This document shows, one piece after another, positions 12,687 to 24,239 of a DNA stretch of 51,043 nucleotides; positions within the stretch are counted from its first letter, which is position 1, and every line of letters begins with the position of its first letter. The notes beneath the pieces are model-generated. The model did not search any database. It saw nothing but the letters and a program-made list of their open reading frames with translations, and was not told the origin of the DNA. Position numbers and translations under genes: made by a program. The stretch lies in NCBI GenBank assembly GCA_024137785.1, contig JAHRHZ010000085.1, positions 2,902,975 to 2,954,017 on the forward strand, written 5' to 3'. Source of the DNA: Ginglymostoma cirratum. Taxonomy: Eukaryota.

Positions 12687-13458
12687 TGAAAAATTTATTG
12701 GGTTGAAGTACTTAATACAGAACTGAATTACAACTGAGAGACAGTAAGAACTGGCGATGCTGGAGTCAGAGATAACACAGTGTGGAGCTGGATGAACACA
12801 GCAGGCCAGGCAGCATCAGAGAAGCAGGAAAGCTACTTTTCAGGTCAGGATCCTTTTTCAGAAATGAGTTTCTGAATTTCCGAAGAATGCTCCCGACCGA
12901 AACGTTAGCTTTCCTGCTCCTCTGATGCTGCCTGGCCTGCTGTGTTCCCCCAGCTTCACATTGAATTACAACCGTTCGTTTACACTACACATGTATGTTA
13001 AAGCTAACCGGTGACGTTAACCTACTGAGGTATATATTAAACATGTGAGTTTCACACTGTCCTTCCGCTCCCCGGGGACGTGAGCGATGGCGGGACTTGG
13101 AGCTCTATCTCCAATTCCACGGAGCTTGCCTCACTCCCAATAGTGAAAGTACAATGTGTGGGGCACAGTCTCCGATATTAAAGCTGTTTTGAATTTAATG
13201 TTACATGCTGTTTTACTGTTTGGTCGGGTTTTCAGAACTTCTCCATGCATTCCACTGTGCAAAAACAGACTAAACACTTTCAAGGTGCTTCCTTTTTAAC
13301 TGCACAATATTGTGTTTCGCTCCAAGCCAAAAGATGCTGCTTTGCAATAACCTTGTAATTTTCTACTTGTCTTCAATTGCACATTGTCATGTCCAATTAA
13401 CCCTGAACGAATCATTCTCATGCTCTGCTTTGCAGACAGCTTTAATCCCAACATTACA
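12687..13458 (-). repeat. ERV 5' LTR, copy A, interrupted by a hairpin insertion
   Basis: TG at 12687, minus-strand AATAAA (tttatt, ~12694-12699), terminal 'cattaca' at 13458; homologous to 6767-7106, 39263-39845 and 44339-45120. Confidence 0.65.
12735..12961. mobile_element. Palindromic (fold-back) Penelope-derived element with an 11-bp TSD
   Basis: TGAATTACAAC at 12724-12734 and 12962-12972; the arms 'gaacacagcaggccaggcagcatcagag' and 'ctctgatgctgcctggcctgctgtgttc' are reverse complements. Confidence 0.85.
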
Positions 13459-13469
13459 CCTTTTCATAG

Positions 13470-14505
13470 TGTCGTCACGAGAACTGCACACAGTACTCCC
13501 GCTATGGACTCACTAAAGCCCTGTAAAAGTTCAATGTAACTTCTCTCCTCCTATAATCTGTACCATTCCAGACAAAAGTATGTGCCCTGTATGTTTCTCA
13601 ACCATCCTACTAATCTGCCTTGCCACCTTCAGTGATCTGTGAACAAGAAGTCCAAGGTCTTCCTGTTCTTCTGAGCTTCCTGTGTCTTGTCATTCATTGA
13701 ACAGTCTCTTCTGTTGTTATTTCTCCCAAAGCCCATTGAATATCTTCTAATACATTCAGAAACCAATGAGGCCGAAGGTGAAGCCCCCATTCATCATAAT
13801 ATAAACATAGTTTGGTCATTTTTGTGTACATTGAATGTGGTATTTACTGGGAGGACATTTATTGTCTGTAATTAATTGCCAAGAGAGCAGTTAACAGCCA
13901 TCGAAATGGCAGGGAGTCACATGCAGGCCAGTTAACAATGGCAGAATTACTTCCAGCAAGACATGAGTAAACTGCGTAGACTTAGTGTCATAGGTATAAA
14001 TAGCATGGAAACAGACCCTTCATTCCACCTCATCCATGCCTACCAGATATCCTGAATTAATCCAGTCCCAGTTGCCAACATTTGGTCCATATTCATTCGA
14101 ACCCTTACTGTTCATACACCCATCCAGATGCCTTTTAAATATTGCAATTTTACCAGCCTCTACCACTTGGTCTGCCATTTCATTCCAAACCCACAACAAT
14201 GTGGTTTGCGTGAAAAAATTGACCCTTGGATCTCTTTTAAATCATACCCCTGCCACCTGAAACCTATGCCATCTAGTTTTGGACTCGTCTACTCTGGGGA
14301 AAATAGTGATTATCCATCCTATCCATGGCCTATGATTTTACAGACCTGTATAAGGCCAGCCCACAGACTCCAATATACCAGAGAAAATGACTCCAGCCTA
14401 TTCAGCCTTTACTGATTGCTCAAACCCTCCAACTATGGTAACATCCTTGTAAATCTTTTCTGAACGCTTTCAAGTTTATCAACATCTTTCCTGTGGCAAA
14501 GAGAT
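13470..14505 (-). mobile_element. CR1/HER1 LINE 3' fragments
   Basis: 'agaactgcacacagtactcc', 'catggaaacagacccttc', 'aacatccttgtaaatcttttctgaac'. Confidence 0.8.
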
Positions 14506-14579
14506 AAGTGTTTTGAAGACAAATATTATTCCAGGTTTTTATGGAATTCAGATTACACCATTTAGCTCGAGTTGCTCTA

Positions 14580-15090
14580 TCATAGAAAAGATATCATGAA
14601 CCGAGAAATTGCGCAAATGAGAATTCCTCGGCTGCTACGTGGACTGGAATATTTGCGTGATGAGAAGAGGCTGGATAATGTGGGCTTTCTTTCCCTCGAG
14701 AATAGGAGACAGAAGGGTGACCTTATAGAGGTCTGAAAAATCATGAGAGGCAGAGGTAAGTAGATAGCTAACAGTTTTTCCCCAGGTTAGTAGACTCTCA
14801 GACGAGAAGGCATAGGTTTAACATAAGAGAGGAGAGAATAGAAAGAACCCAGAGTAGCAATTTTTTCACACAGAGTATGGTGCATGTCTGCAAAAGTCTG
14901 CCAGAGGTAGTGGTGGAGGCGAGTACAATTTTGTCATTTAAGAAACATTTGGACAGGTGGATGGAAGGTATGGGTATGGAGGGATATGCACCAAACGTAG
15001 GCAAATGAGACTAGTTTAATTGTGAACTCTGGGCGGGAAAGATAAGTTGGGCCAAAGGGTCTGTTTCCGTGCAGGAAACCTATGTGAATC
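14580..15090 (+). mobile_element. CR1/HER1 LINE 3' end
   Basis: 'agggtgaccttatagaggt...aaaatcatgagaggc...ttgggccaaagggtctgtttccgtgc'. Confidence 0.8.
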
Positions 15091-15650
15091 TCTGATATAG
15101 CTCCACACATCCAGTAGCTCGAGTTTATATTCCCCATTCATCATAATGCCACGTATTTGATTAAACATTAAACATAGAGTCACAGATGATTGGGTCGTAG
15201 CTGCAGAGACATTCAAATTACTTCAAAGGAAGTTCACCTCTCCGGAAAACCCAAACAAACCTGAAAGCATGTTCCATTACGTACTTTTTTCTGACTTTAA
15301 TCTCTATGCAATCCAATTCAACTCCCACAAAACAATTTAATATTTTGCTCCATAGCTTCGCAAGCTGAACACTTATTGAAATTAGCGCTACTCCCATATA
15401 TTTTAATTGTGTCATTAGTTGAGATACTTTTATCATTTACCTATTTTTCTGAGTTCCAAATATTTTGTTCCCAGCTGCATATGGGTTAGCTGAACAAAAA
15501 GACAGCAACATTGAAATGCCGAGACTTGATGTACTCTATGTATCGTATAAGCAAGGCTGTACAATTGGCAATGATAGACATGACATTTAAACCTGTGTAT
15601 TTTCAGTTTCTGTTCTAACTCCTAATTTTGAATTTATATTAACGTTACAG

Positions 15651-15757
15651 ATTTTGCCTCTAAAATCAGTGTTTCAATGACTGACAGTTGTGCCATTCAC
15701 GCACTTGCAATTCTCATACTGAACGTGATGATTTTCAAGGGTTCTTTATCTCCAAAG
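15651..15757 (+). pseudogene. Copy A transmembrane exon
   Basis: ttacag| DFASKISVSMTDSCAIHALAILILNVMIFK; 7 nt shorter than copy B; donor is GC (gcatga) versus GT (gtatga) in B. Confidence 0.75.
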
Positions 15758-16174
15758 GCATGAATAGGACAGAAGTGACTCATTGAAATTAGTGTAATTG
15801 GGAGCTGAATTTCTGAATTGTCCAATTTAAACAATTATTTTATGTGAAACCTCTTTCAAATATATACCTTGCTTCGCCTCAAATATGAAGTAAGAAGATT
15901 TGAAATTTCCATTTGCGAACTTGTATGAGTGTAGGTGAAAATTGTATTGATGAAAATCATTGTTGAAAGAAGTTTCTGTAGCTTCAACCCTGAAAACATG
16001 AATTCAAAGCATCTGTGTGTCACGTTTAGAGCTGTATTACAAAACTGTTGTTCCTATTTTACCCTGTTTACAAACACCGATTAATAGTTGAATTGCTATC
16101 GGTTTTTTCGTTTTGCTTATGCGTACAAATATCAGCTTTTATTGTTGGTGAGTAATGTCATTTTTATTTCTCAG

Positions 16175-16223
16175 GTGGGGGAAAGAAAAGAAATCAATCA
16201 ATCGAACTCAATATGAAGATGTG
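16175..16223 (+). pseudogene. Copy A cytoplasmic exon 1
   Basis: ttttatttctcag| acceptor; ...SINRTQYEDV; donor lost (ttgagg versus gtgagg in B). Confidence 0.65.
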
Positions 16224-18074
16224 TTGAGGCCAATTTCCTTCATTGTGTTTATTTTAATTTTCAAGTCTATTTGAACAATTTAAGCTCAGAACACAAATGT
16301 ATATTTCTGTACAGTCAGAGAGAGTCTTGAAAATTTCATTAGTTCTCAAAAACACTACATCAGCTGAATAAAAACACAATTGAGAAAATAGAAAGTGGTA
16401 AGAAGTTTCACGAACTGCTGCAAGTGTTTTAAATCTTCAAACATAGTTACCAAGTAGCATTGAGTTTTGTTTTCATTTGCACTTACCAAGTGACAGTATG
16501 CAGAAAAATTTTGCCACGTTGGTTACAGACATTATAATCAATGTTGATCACATTGTGCTGATGACTGTTTTGAATGGAAGTTTTCCAGGTGCAAATTGCG
16601 ATGATTGTTCCCTCCTCCCTTTCTACGCTGTTCAAAATAAATTCATGCATTAGTCTGAGTTCGGTGATTTTGTCTGACTTCTACCAAGCCACTTTACCAA
16701 AGAGCTCAATATATTATGCAGACAGCTTGCACAAGTTGGCTTCCTTTGAAAGCTTTTATCGTAGGCTGTCTCTTGGCTTGTGCAACGTGTTGCAGCACCA
16801 TGGAATCTTGGAAAATAAAATAATCAAGCTGCAGTAATGCAACCCTCTCTCATTTTTTAATTTTCAACATGTGAATATCAGTGACATGTGAGAGGCAGCT
16901 CCCTATCTGTGGCACCTGAAAAAGAGCAAGTGGGACTTATTCAGGAATAAGAGTTTGGCAAAAGTTGAAATCTTTGGTTGACCACACCAATGGACACAGC
17001 GCAATTACACATATTTATTCTTGACTACAGTTGAATGCAGAGCACACCAGCTGATTCCCTCTTCAAATGCATTTTAAAGCAGTTAAAGTCTTTAAATCAA
17101 TTGGACCGCTTTATTATCTCTGTTTCAGTCGTGGATCTGAATTTGTTTTTTAAAAAATTTCATTCTCCTTCGTTCAGTAAAATACTGCAAAAAGTGGTCG
17201 ACTCTTTCTTTGCATCTGATACCTGCAACTCCCTCCCTGACAGCAATGTTGCTAAATGATCTGGACTGCAGTCAAGAAAGCTGGTGTGCTGCTGGACTCT
17301 TAATAGGCAACAATTATTGGCGCCAAATACTGGCCTTGCCTGTGAGGCTCACGTCCTATTAAAAATAGTACGTCGTGCAAAATAGACCCACCTACATTCT
17401 GCAGGTGCAGAAAAACTTAAATTCCTTTCTTGGAGGTCTTCAGAAAAATATGTCAAAGAATTTATTCCAATACTACACGTTTTTCTCTGAAAATGTTGCA
17501 GCTGCACTGCTGTAGGAGACAGAATAAAGTCCTTTGATGGACAGGTGATTTGCTCAGCCTGTGTTTTATTGATCCATGAACCGTGGATCAGATGGAAAGA
17601 GAAAACAAAATTATCTATGATTGAGAAATACTTCACAGAAGACCAAACAGTCCATTTTAGAGCACTGAAATATTGTGGTTTACGTTTTAAACAAAAGTCA
17701 CATTTTTTCATTGTCACTCACCTGACCATTTTACACCCTAAAGAGTTGACACTTATTTGACTTAAAACATCAATAATTTACTTTAAACATACGATCTGGC
17801 ATCAGGTACACCATGCAAATTCTTTGAAAGTGCCCTGTACCTTCGCCTTCACTTCACACTTCAACTCCTTCATTTATGACCGTTGAGATGGCCCATTGAA
17901 ATCATTACCTTTCCTATTCAGAGGAGAGCAGGGTGATTCTAAAATTAATTTTCTAATTGCAGTGTTCAGGACAGTTATTCTTCTCTCCAATTGACCTACT
18001 AAAATATCTAATTTAAAGTGAGGGAATGGTTAGCCAAATCCTGCACCATCTATCCTCCGAATGAAAGACATTCG

Positions 18075-18815
18075 TAACAAAAGCAGAAATTGCTGGAAAA
18101 GCTCAGCAGGTCTGGCAGCATCAGGGGAGAGAAATCAGAGTTAATGTTTCAGCTCGAGTCACCCTTCCTCAGATAGATGTTACTCACATATTTCGAATAG
18201 TTGCCACTTATTATTTTCGTATGAAGCAGCGGGACCTGTGATTGTTTTATATCATTCTTACACAGAGACAAATTTATTTTTGGTTTATTGAGTTAACTTT
18301 ACTGCATGCTCAATTTGTAGCAGAACATAATAAAACAAGAATTCACCTCTCAGAATTAAAAAAAAAACTAATTACATTGAACTGACGAATGCAAACTTTT
18401 CGGCAGAACATTGCGCAATTGCAGCATTTCCCTGGTAACTTTAAATTAAAATTCTCTTACCATTAATAGTATTGAAAAATAATGTTTACTTGTGATTCGG
18501 TGTGATTTTCCTGGCAAGAAACAGTTCAGAGTAAGAAACTGTAAATTTTAATGATTGTAACGAAGTGTTAGCAAAGTCAGTATAACAATCTGTCGGAACA
18601 AATTACTGCAGATACTGAAAACAACAAAGGCTGGAGATCACAGTAGATCAGACAGCATCCAGGGAGAGAGACTAAGCTATAATTTTGAGTATAGATGTCT
18701 TTTTTATCAGAGCTCTGATGAAGAGTCATTTAATCTGGAAACATTAGCTTGCTCTCTGTCGACATGGGAATTGTCTGACCTGCCCTGATCTCCGGCATTC
18801 ATTGTTTTCAGTACA
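18075..18815. mobile_element. Two Penelope-type short repeats (about 18078-18172 and a hairpin at 18600-18812)
   Basis: 'gctggaaaagctcagcaggtctggcagcatc'; central 'ctctgatgaagagtca' with inverted arms. Confidence 0.65.
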
Positions 18816-18904
18816 ATAAACTAATTGTTCATTTTAAGAATGCACAATTGTCTCTTTACTCCAAAACAAAATAATCAAATAAATGATTCATCTTGACTTT
18901 CCAG

Positions 18905-19033
18905 AGAAAACGAGAAATGCCTGAGGATAAGCTGACATCTGTTGCTCTTGATCAAGTTGGTTCTGAGGATGGAATAATGTCTAAACAACAGGAAGAAATC
19001 ACAATCTATCAACGTACATTTAAGATCATATGT
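18905..19033 (+). pseudogene. Copy A cytoplasmic exon 2 (ITIM Tyr lost; 3' boundary uncertain)
   Basis: ctttccag| RKREMPEDKLTSVALDQVGSEDGIMSKQQEEITIYQ; copy B has LTYAAL at the same position. Confidence 0.7.
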
Positions 19034-19164
19034 GTAAATAATAAGTTTGTTTCTCATAATTAGTTGATTTTGAGCTGATATTTAATTATCTTTGTGTAAT
19101 TTTCAACTAGAATGATTTAGATGAGTCGGAATTCAACTTCAATGTTATTTTTCAAACAAAACAG

Positions 19165-19273
19165 AGAATGGCAAATTTACATTGCTCTGAAATTCAGTGA
19201 TTCCAGCACATCATCGAAACCCAAGCACCGAGAAATAAGTGCAGTGTACACAGCAGTGAAAAGCAGCCACTAA
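19165..19273 (+). pseudogene. Copy A terminal cytoplasmic exon
   Basis: EWQIYIALKFSDSSTSSKPKHREISAVYTAVKSSH*, an ITIM-like plus ITSM-like pair; TAA at 19271-19273. Confidence 0.7.
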
Positions 19274-20559
19274 ATTGAGTAAACAAAATACATTTAAAGG
19301 AAACAAGCACAGATTTGATCACAGATTTTTTTTTATCAGTTTTAAGATGTTATTTTTCTAGTCTAAACTCAATCAGAATTTTGCAAATATGCAGATGAAC
19401 TTCTTCCTTTTAAGTAATGTCACCTGGATCAAGTTCATTTCAGCTTTAAAATTCATGCAACAGGAAAACTAAAAATTGCAATTGAATTATTTCCATCTGT
19501 CAAGGAACTCCTTATTCCCTTTAAAACTGCACGAAGATCGACATATTAGCCATTAAGATAATTATTGATTAGTTTTCTCTGAGCTTGTATACCGTCAGAT
19601 ATTCATCATAATTCTGTTTGGACTGGCAACACGGGCAACGCTGATACTTTCTTTCCCTTTCTCCAGTCTCTGCATTTGACCGAGAATTGATGGGCTTTAC
19701 GGTGATAAATGTTCATGAGGTTTCTGTTGGTTAACTGTCTTTAACTTGTTTGTGTTTCACTGTCTTTTTAGCATGAATTGATACTTCATTCTGCTAACTT
19801 TGTGGCAGTAGTTTTGACTCTGTTTGTACTTTTGCTGTTGCTGTGAGAACAGTCATGTTGATTTTTCCTTGTCCAGAAAGCTGAAGTGATCCAATTACTA
19901 ATCTGTCTAATATTTTGATGGTTCATTTTGCTTAGTTAATTTGCTTAAGTTCATAATTGGTAGTTTCTTCTTCAAATTTTAATTCAATGTAAAGTGGCAC
20001 CGTGCCCAGACAGTGCAGACTGATGCTCCATCCTTGATCACCCATTATTTAGCATTGCACTCTCATTGTAATATGGTAGAGTAGGACAAGATGGCATGAA
20101 TGATGAATGTTTCTGAATCATGAAAATGTGTTCTTTATTGAAGTGGGAATAAAATTAGAGAAAAAAATCAATTTACATTTGAACAAATCGTGTTGATGTC
20201 TGCGTAAGCAATTCTTTCAGTACATTTGTGCATTCTATTCTCAGAAATGGCATAGAACTTACAAAGATTCCAAATAAATTACAATGAATCACCGTTAATA
20301 TTGTGAACTTTTCTCCACACTCAATTGATCAGGAAAATTCAGCAATCTAATCCATCAACATTGCTGAATTGTCAATTTGCTGCTGACATGAATGCTTTCT
20401 GAGGCTTGCGTGTCAAAATCTTACAAATACAAAATCATGAAAATGAATTATCAGTCTGAAGAGTTTTGAAAGAATGCTTGGAAAGTTGTGAATTGGCGAT
20501 GGATAGGCAACCCAGATGATGACAAATTCCGTTTGTCTTGTGGGAAAAAAAGGTGGACA

Positions 20560-21030
20560 GATGCAAGGAAGAACAGGTTGGTTGATAGAAATGTATAAAA
20601 TATTGTGGGCTCTTGACATGTTAGACTTGGAGATGTTTCCCTCTATGGGAAAATGTGGAACTAGTGATCATGGTTTTAAAAAATCAGAGTTAGACCATTT
20701 AAAACAGCGATAGACACCTTTCTCTCACAGATGCCTGAGTCTTTAGAACACTCTTCCGAAAAAGGTAACAGAAGCAAGGTTCTTGAATACTTTAAAGTCA
20801 CAAATTAATAAATCCAGCGGAGAAAAGTGGTGAAAGACTGTGAGGAGTGCTCTTTGAATGTAATCAAGAGGTTACAGTCAGATTCATGATGACCTTGTTT
20901 GAACAACTTTTTTGATTTGGTGTCCCAAATCGACTGCCTTCCCATACCAGTCATTTTATTGAAAGTCAGGAAAAACAGAGCAGGCGAGAGAGACTGACTG
21001 GCCTACCCTTGGTTCTAATTCCACTGTTCA
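20560..21030 (+). mobile_element. Old CR1-type LINE 3' fragment
   Basis: 'ttgatagaaatgtataaaat...gatgtttccctctatggga...gcctacccttggttctaatt'. Confidence 0.6.
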
Positions 21031-22824
21031 TATGAACCTCTGCTGATTTCCTCATGTGTAAATAAAAATATTGATATGGGGGAACTGGGGGAAATCATAT
21101 ATTGCTTTGGATTTTAAACAGCTAAATCATAACATTCCACAAAGGAGTTTATGATGAAATAATCATACTCATGTGGGTGTCGGGTGAATTTATTGCCTTA
21201 CAATGAGCATACTTTTGTTGTCTTTAAACAAGAATTGTTGGTAATTTTTCAGTTGCAGATATCTTACTGTTTCATGTTCTGTAACATTAACAGTGTTTCT
21301 TCCTGTGTCACATATAAGATCAGTAAGCACATAAACATTAATTCATTCTCTGAGTGTATAAGGTTAGCTGATGGGCAACAAACAGAAAGCAGATTTTTAA
21401 AGAAGAATCATGTTTGGCACTGTGGAGTCGAACTGATGGGGTGAAGCAAAATTCTGAGTTTGGACATCAGCTATTTCAGTTTGATGTCAGCTAAAAACGA
21501 AGGAGCCTTTGGTAATGTATCGACATTTACTCACCATGAAATTTTAGGAAGCTAAGTGAGTGAGTCTGCATTTAAGGCTGTGAATAGGATACGAAACCAT
21601 GTAAACCAATTTTGCTGAAGTGTTGGTGTGGGAGCGTATTGCCAACTGGGGACAAAGACTCAGGAGACAGGCAGAAAGATGTTTATTCAAATAAAAACCC
21701 GTTGATGCAGGGAGAGTGCCAAAGAATCTTCCCTGAATCGAAAGGGAGATCAATGACCCACGCTGATTTTTCCAGTCAAAGTACAGCATTTTACATATTT
21801 TCGATGAAAATATTCCATTGCTGCTTTGTCACTGTCCTTGCCCATTAATCCATATGCGCAATCCCGTGGGACGCCTAATCAAGAATGGGCAATCCCATGG
21901 ACAGCCCCAGGTTCCCATGATCTTATGGCGATTACCAGACATTGTAATCTCTAGGCCTTGGGATCTTTCTACATATCCTATTCATTCATGTTTCAAAGTT
22001 ACTGGCTACACTCCTTCAGACCTGTCTCAGGCTTGAGTTCTATTATACATTGTATTACATGTGCTTTCTTTTATCAAATTTAGCCAATCCTCTAATATTT
22101 ACATTGTACAAATTAGATAGTAATAATACAAAAGACAGTTAGATTTAACTCGCAGCTATCAGATTAATTTCTATTAAAAAGTTACTTATAAAATGTAAAG
22201 TTGTACAGCAATTTGTACTGTAAGCACTTTGTAATTAATGGGTTGTGAACAATTCGTCTTGCTCAGGCAGTAAGACGAAATGTTTCCTGAGGCTAATTAA
22301 CTTTCACATGTAAATTTAAGTACTTCTCCCTTCATGCTTGTATTGTACTTTGGTTATATTTTAAAACTACTTTTATGATGAAGGAATTCGGAACTAGACT
22401 CTGTTTAATTTTGCAAGTAGCTTCAAAGAAGCAACTATTTATGACAAATTAACTTTATCTTGTAGTTTTTGCAGCTGCTAGGACATTCAAGGAATTTAAT
22501 CTAGCTGGATCATGGTCTGAGACTCAGTCTTGGAGTTATTTGTTGACTAGGACCATCGTCCTTTCATTGGAGGCTGGGAGTACTTACTTATCCATCCTTT
22601 GGCACCTTCTTATCAGAACTGTCTCAGATGGTCGGTGATCAGGCTCTTTTGCTGACCTTTGAATAGTCTTGTTCAAAAGTTCCAGTGAGATTCAATTAAT
22701 TGCGAGAGCAGGCTTTCCCATTTTGTTTTAGTCCTTGCCGGCCATTTTGTGCCTTTCAAACGTTTGCTACTTTGCTGAAGCAGGTACGGTCACATTGTAA
22801 GGACAGGTACTGGTCACCCCCACA

Positions 22825-23115
22825 CTTCTTTCGCAATAGTGTGACATTTGCTAGAAATGAGCCTGAAACGTGATGCACTTGACAAGTGTAAACTGTGTCG
22901 CATTCGACTGCCTCTGACACTTCTGAGGTGCTGACAACCTCAAAGTCCGTTGGTGTTTACTTGTTGCTCATTTCTAACTCCAGTCAAGACTTTTGTATTG
23001 TTTTTGTGCCAAGTAAGATCGAAGTCTTTTGGATAAAAGGCAGAAGTCCTGCACTGCAGAATGAAAGAAGCGTCTTCCAATGGTACCGGCACAATTTTCA
23101 GGGGAGTTAGTGAAG
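22825..23115 (-). pseudogene. Relic C: Ig C1-set exon
   Basis: acaatgcag| SLTPLKIV...LQCRTSAFYPKDFDLTWHKN...NGL, frameshift, then EVVST...VYTCQVHHVS; donor missing. Confidence 0.85.
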
Positions 23116-23769
23116 CTGCATTGTAAATCATATAATTCAGATAAATATAAACATCAGAATCCTACTCCAAAACTTCAATGATTTAGTGAACAAACCATCT
23201 GTAATTTTAGGGCACGCTTTTTCCATGAGTTGTCGTTATTTGTTAGGAGTAAATATTACATTTATCATATAACGACTCTGTCCCCTCCACTCCCCAAAAA
23301 AAGCGATTGATGCACCATTCCCAAGTTCAGCAAATTTGGTTTCTAACTTATATATTAATTATTACAGATATATTTGGGATATCATTCTGCATCCTTCTCA
23401 TAACAACCAGTTTGGAACTCGATTCAAGATCATAGAACTGCAACAGCCACAGTTCAAACGATGGGATAAGGAAATTTATTTTCAATTAGACACAGTATAT
23501 TCAAAATATACAATACTGCAGATGATATCTGCATCATTTCAAATTGTTTCCCGATGCTTAGATTAGGAAAGGAAAATGGGTGGCTTCAACGTTTGTTATT
23601 CACTTGTTCTGCAATAAATGCATTTCAGTACAATTTTCTAATTAAGTTAGAAATACAATTTATACTGTGACAGTTTCTACAAGTTTCTCACATTGCTGAT
23701 AATTTCATGTTAAAGATATTTAATGTTCATGTGAAATGCAGCTAAGACACCATGTTTGTCTGCAGTCAC

Positions 23770-24073
23770 ACTATCTCCAGTAAGTTGCACAGCAGTTTCT
23801 TTCCCAACCGTTCGATGTGATACTTGATGACACAATAATGTGTTCCAGCGACCTGGAACGTCATATCCAGAAGATGAAGGTCGGCTGCTCCTGTAACGAC
23901 GGTGAATAACTTTCTGCTATCCTCCTGCAGAAAGGTATTATTACCTTCTTTCCACCAGTAAGCAGCAATATTTGAATGGTTAATTTTGAAGGAGAGAGGA
24001 CATAGCACGAGAACTGTCTTATTGGTGACTCATCTGCGATCCGGTTTTACTTTGGCTGAAATGCCCACAGCAG
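23770..24073 (-). pseudogene. Relic C: Ig V-like exon
   Basis: gatag| AVGIS...*VTNKTVLVLCPLSF...AYWWKEG...LHLLDMTFQVAGTHYC; TGA at 24030-24032; 3' frameshift. Confidence 0.85.
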
Positions 24074-24239
24074 CTATCAACTAAGGAAACACACTGAGAT
24101 TAAACAGGAAGGATGGTCTGTACAAATAACATCCTTGTTCCAGGTCATTGATCCAATAGCAGTTTACCATGCTTAATTGACTAATTCTCCAATTTTTAAA
24201 CTACTGTCCCCTTTGAATGTCATCTTTTCTTTCCCCTAA

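Larger units (their letters stand above)
6767..13458 (-). mobile_element. Internally deleted endogenous retrovirus (class III/ERVL-spuma-related-like), copy A, antisense in the C1-TM intron
   Basis: Two related TG...CA-bounded repeats flank gag-, protease- (GTGAD), RT- (LHIDDTLL...HLRNKGW) and env-like relics. Confidence 0.85.
300..19005 (+). repeat. Segmental duplication unit, copy A (paralogous to 32945-51043)
   Basis: Collinear similarity throughout, e.g. 'cattggattacttcac' at ~350 and ~32986, V exons at 4377 and 36906, ERVs at 6767 and 39263, 'ctaaacaacaggaagaaatc' at ~18981 and ~51019. Confidence 0.95.
4108..19273 (+). pseudogene. Copy A: SIRP-like V-C1-TM-ITIM/ITSM IgSF receptor pseudogene (whole locus)
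   Basis: Seven recognisable exons; stop codon in V, lost acceptor and frameshift in C1, shortened TM exon with a GC donor, lost donor of tail exon 1. Confidence 0.85.

Noticed and set aside
13005-13150. CRE/TATA-like motifs followed by ATG, with related copies near 6860, 39360 and 44665, as a possible nested gene's first exon
   Set aside because: The copies coincide with the ERV LTRs and no frame is conserved among them.
16574-17760. ORFs shared between copies (16574 with 48300, 17545 with 49271)
   Set aside because: They lie in the high-identity intronic block, with no splice context or domain motif; shared ORFs reflect recent common ancestry.
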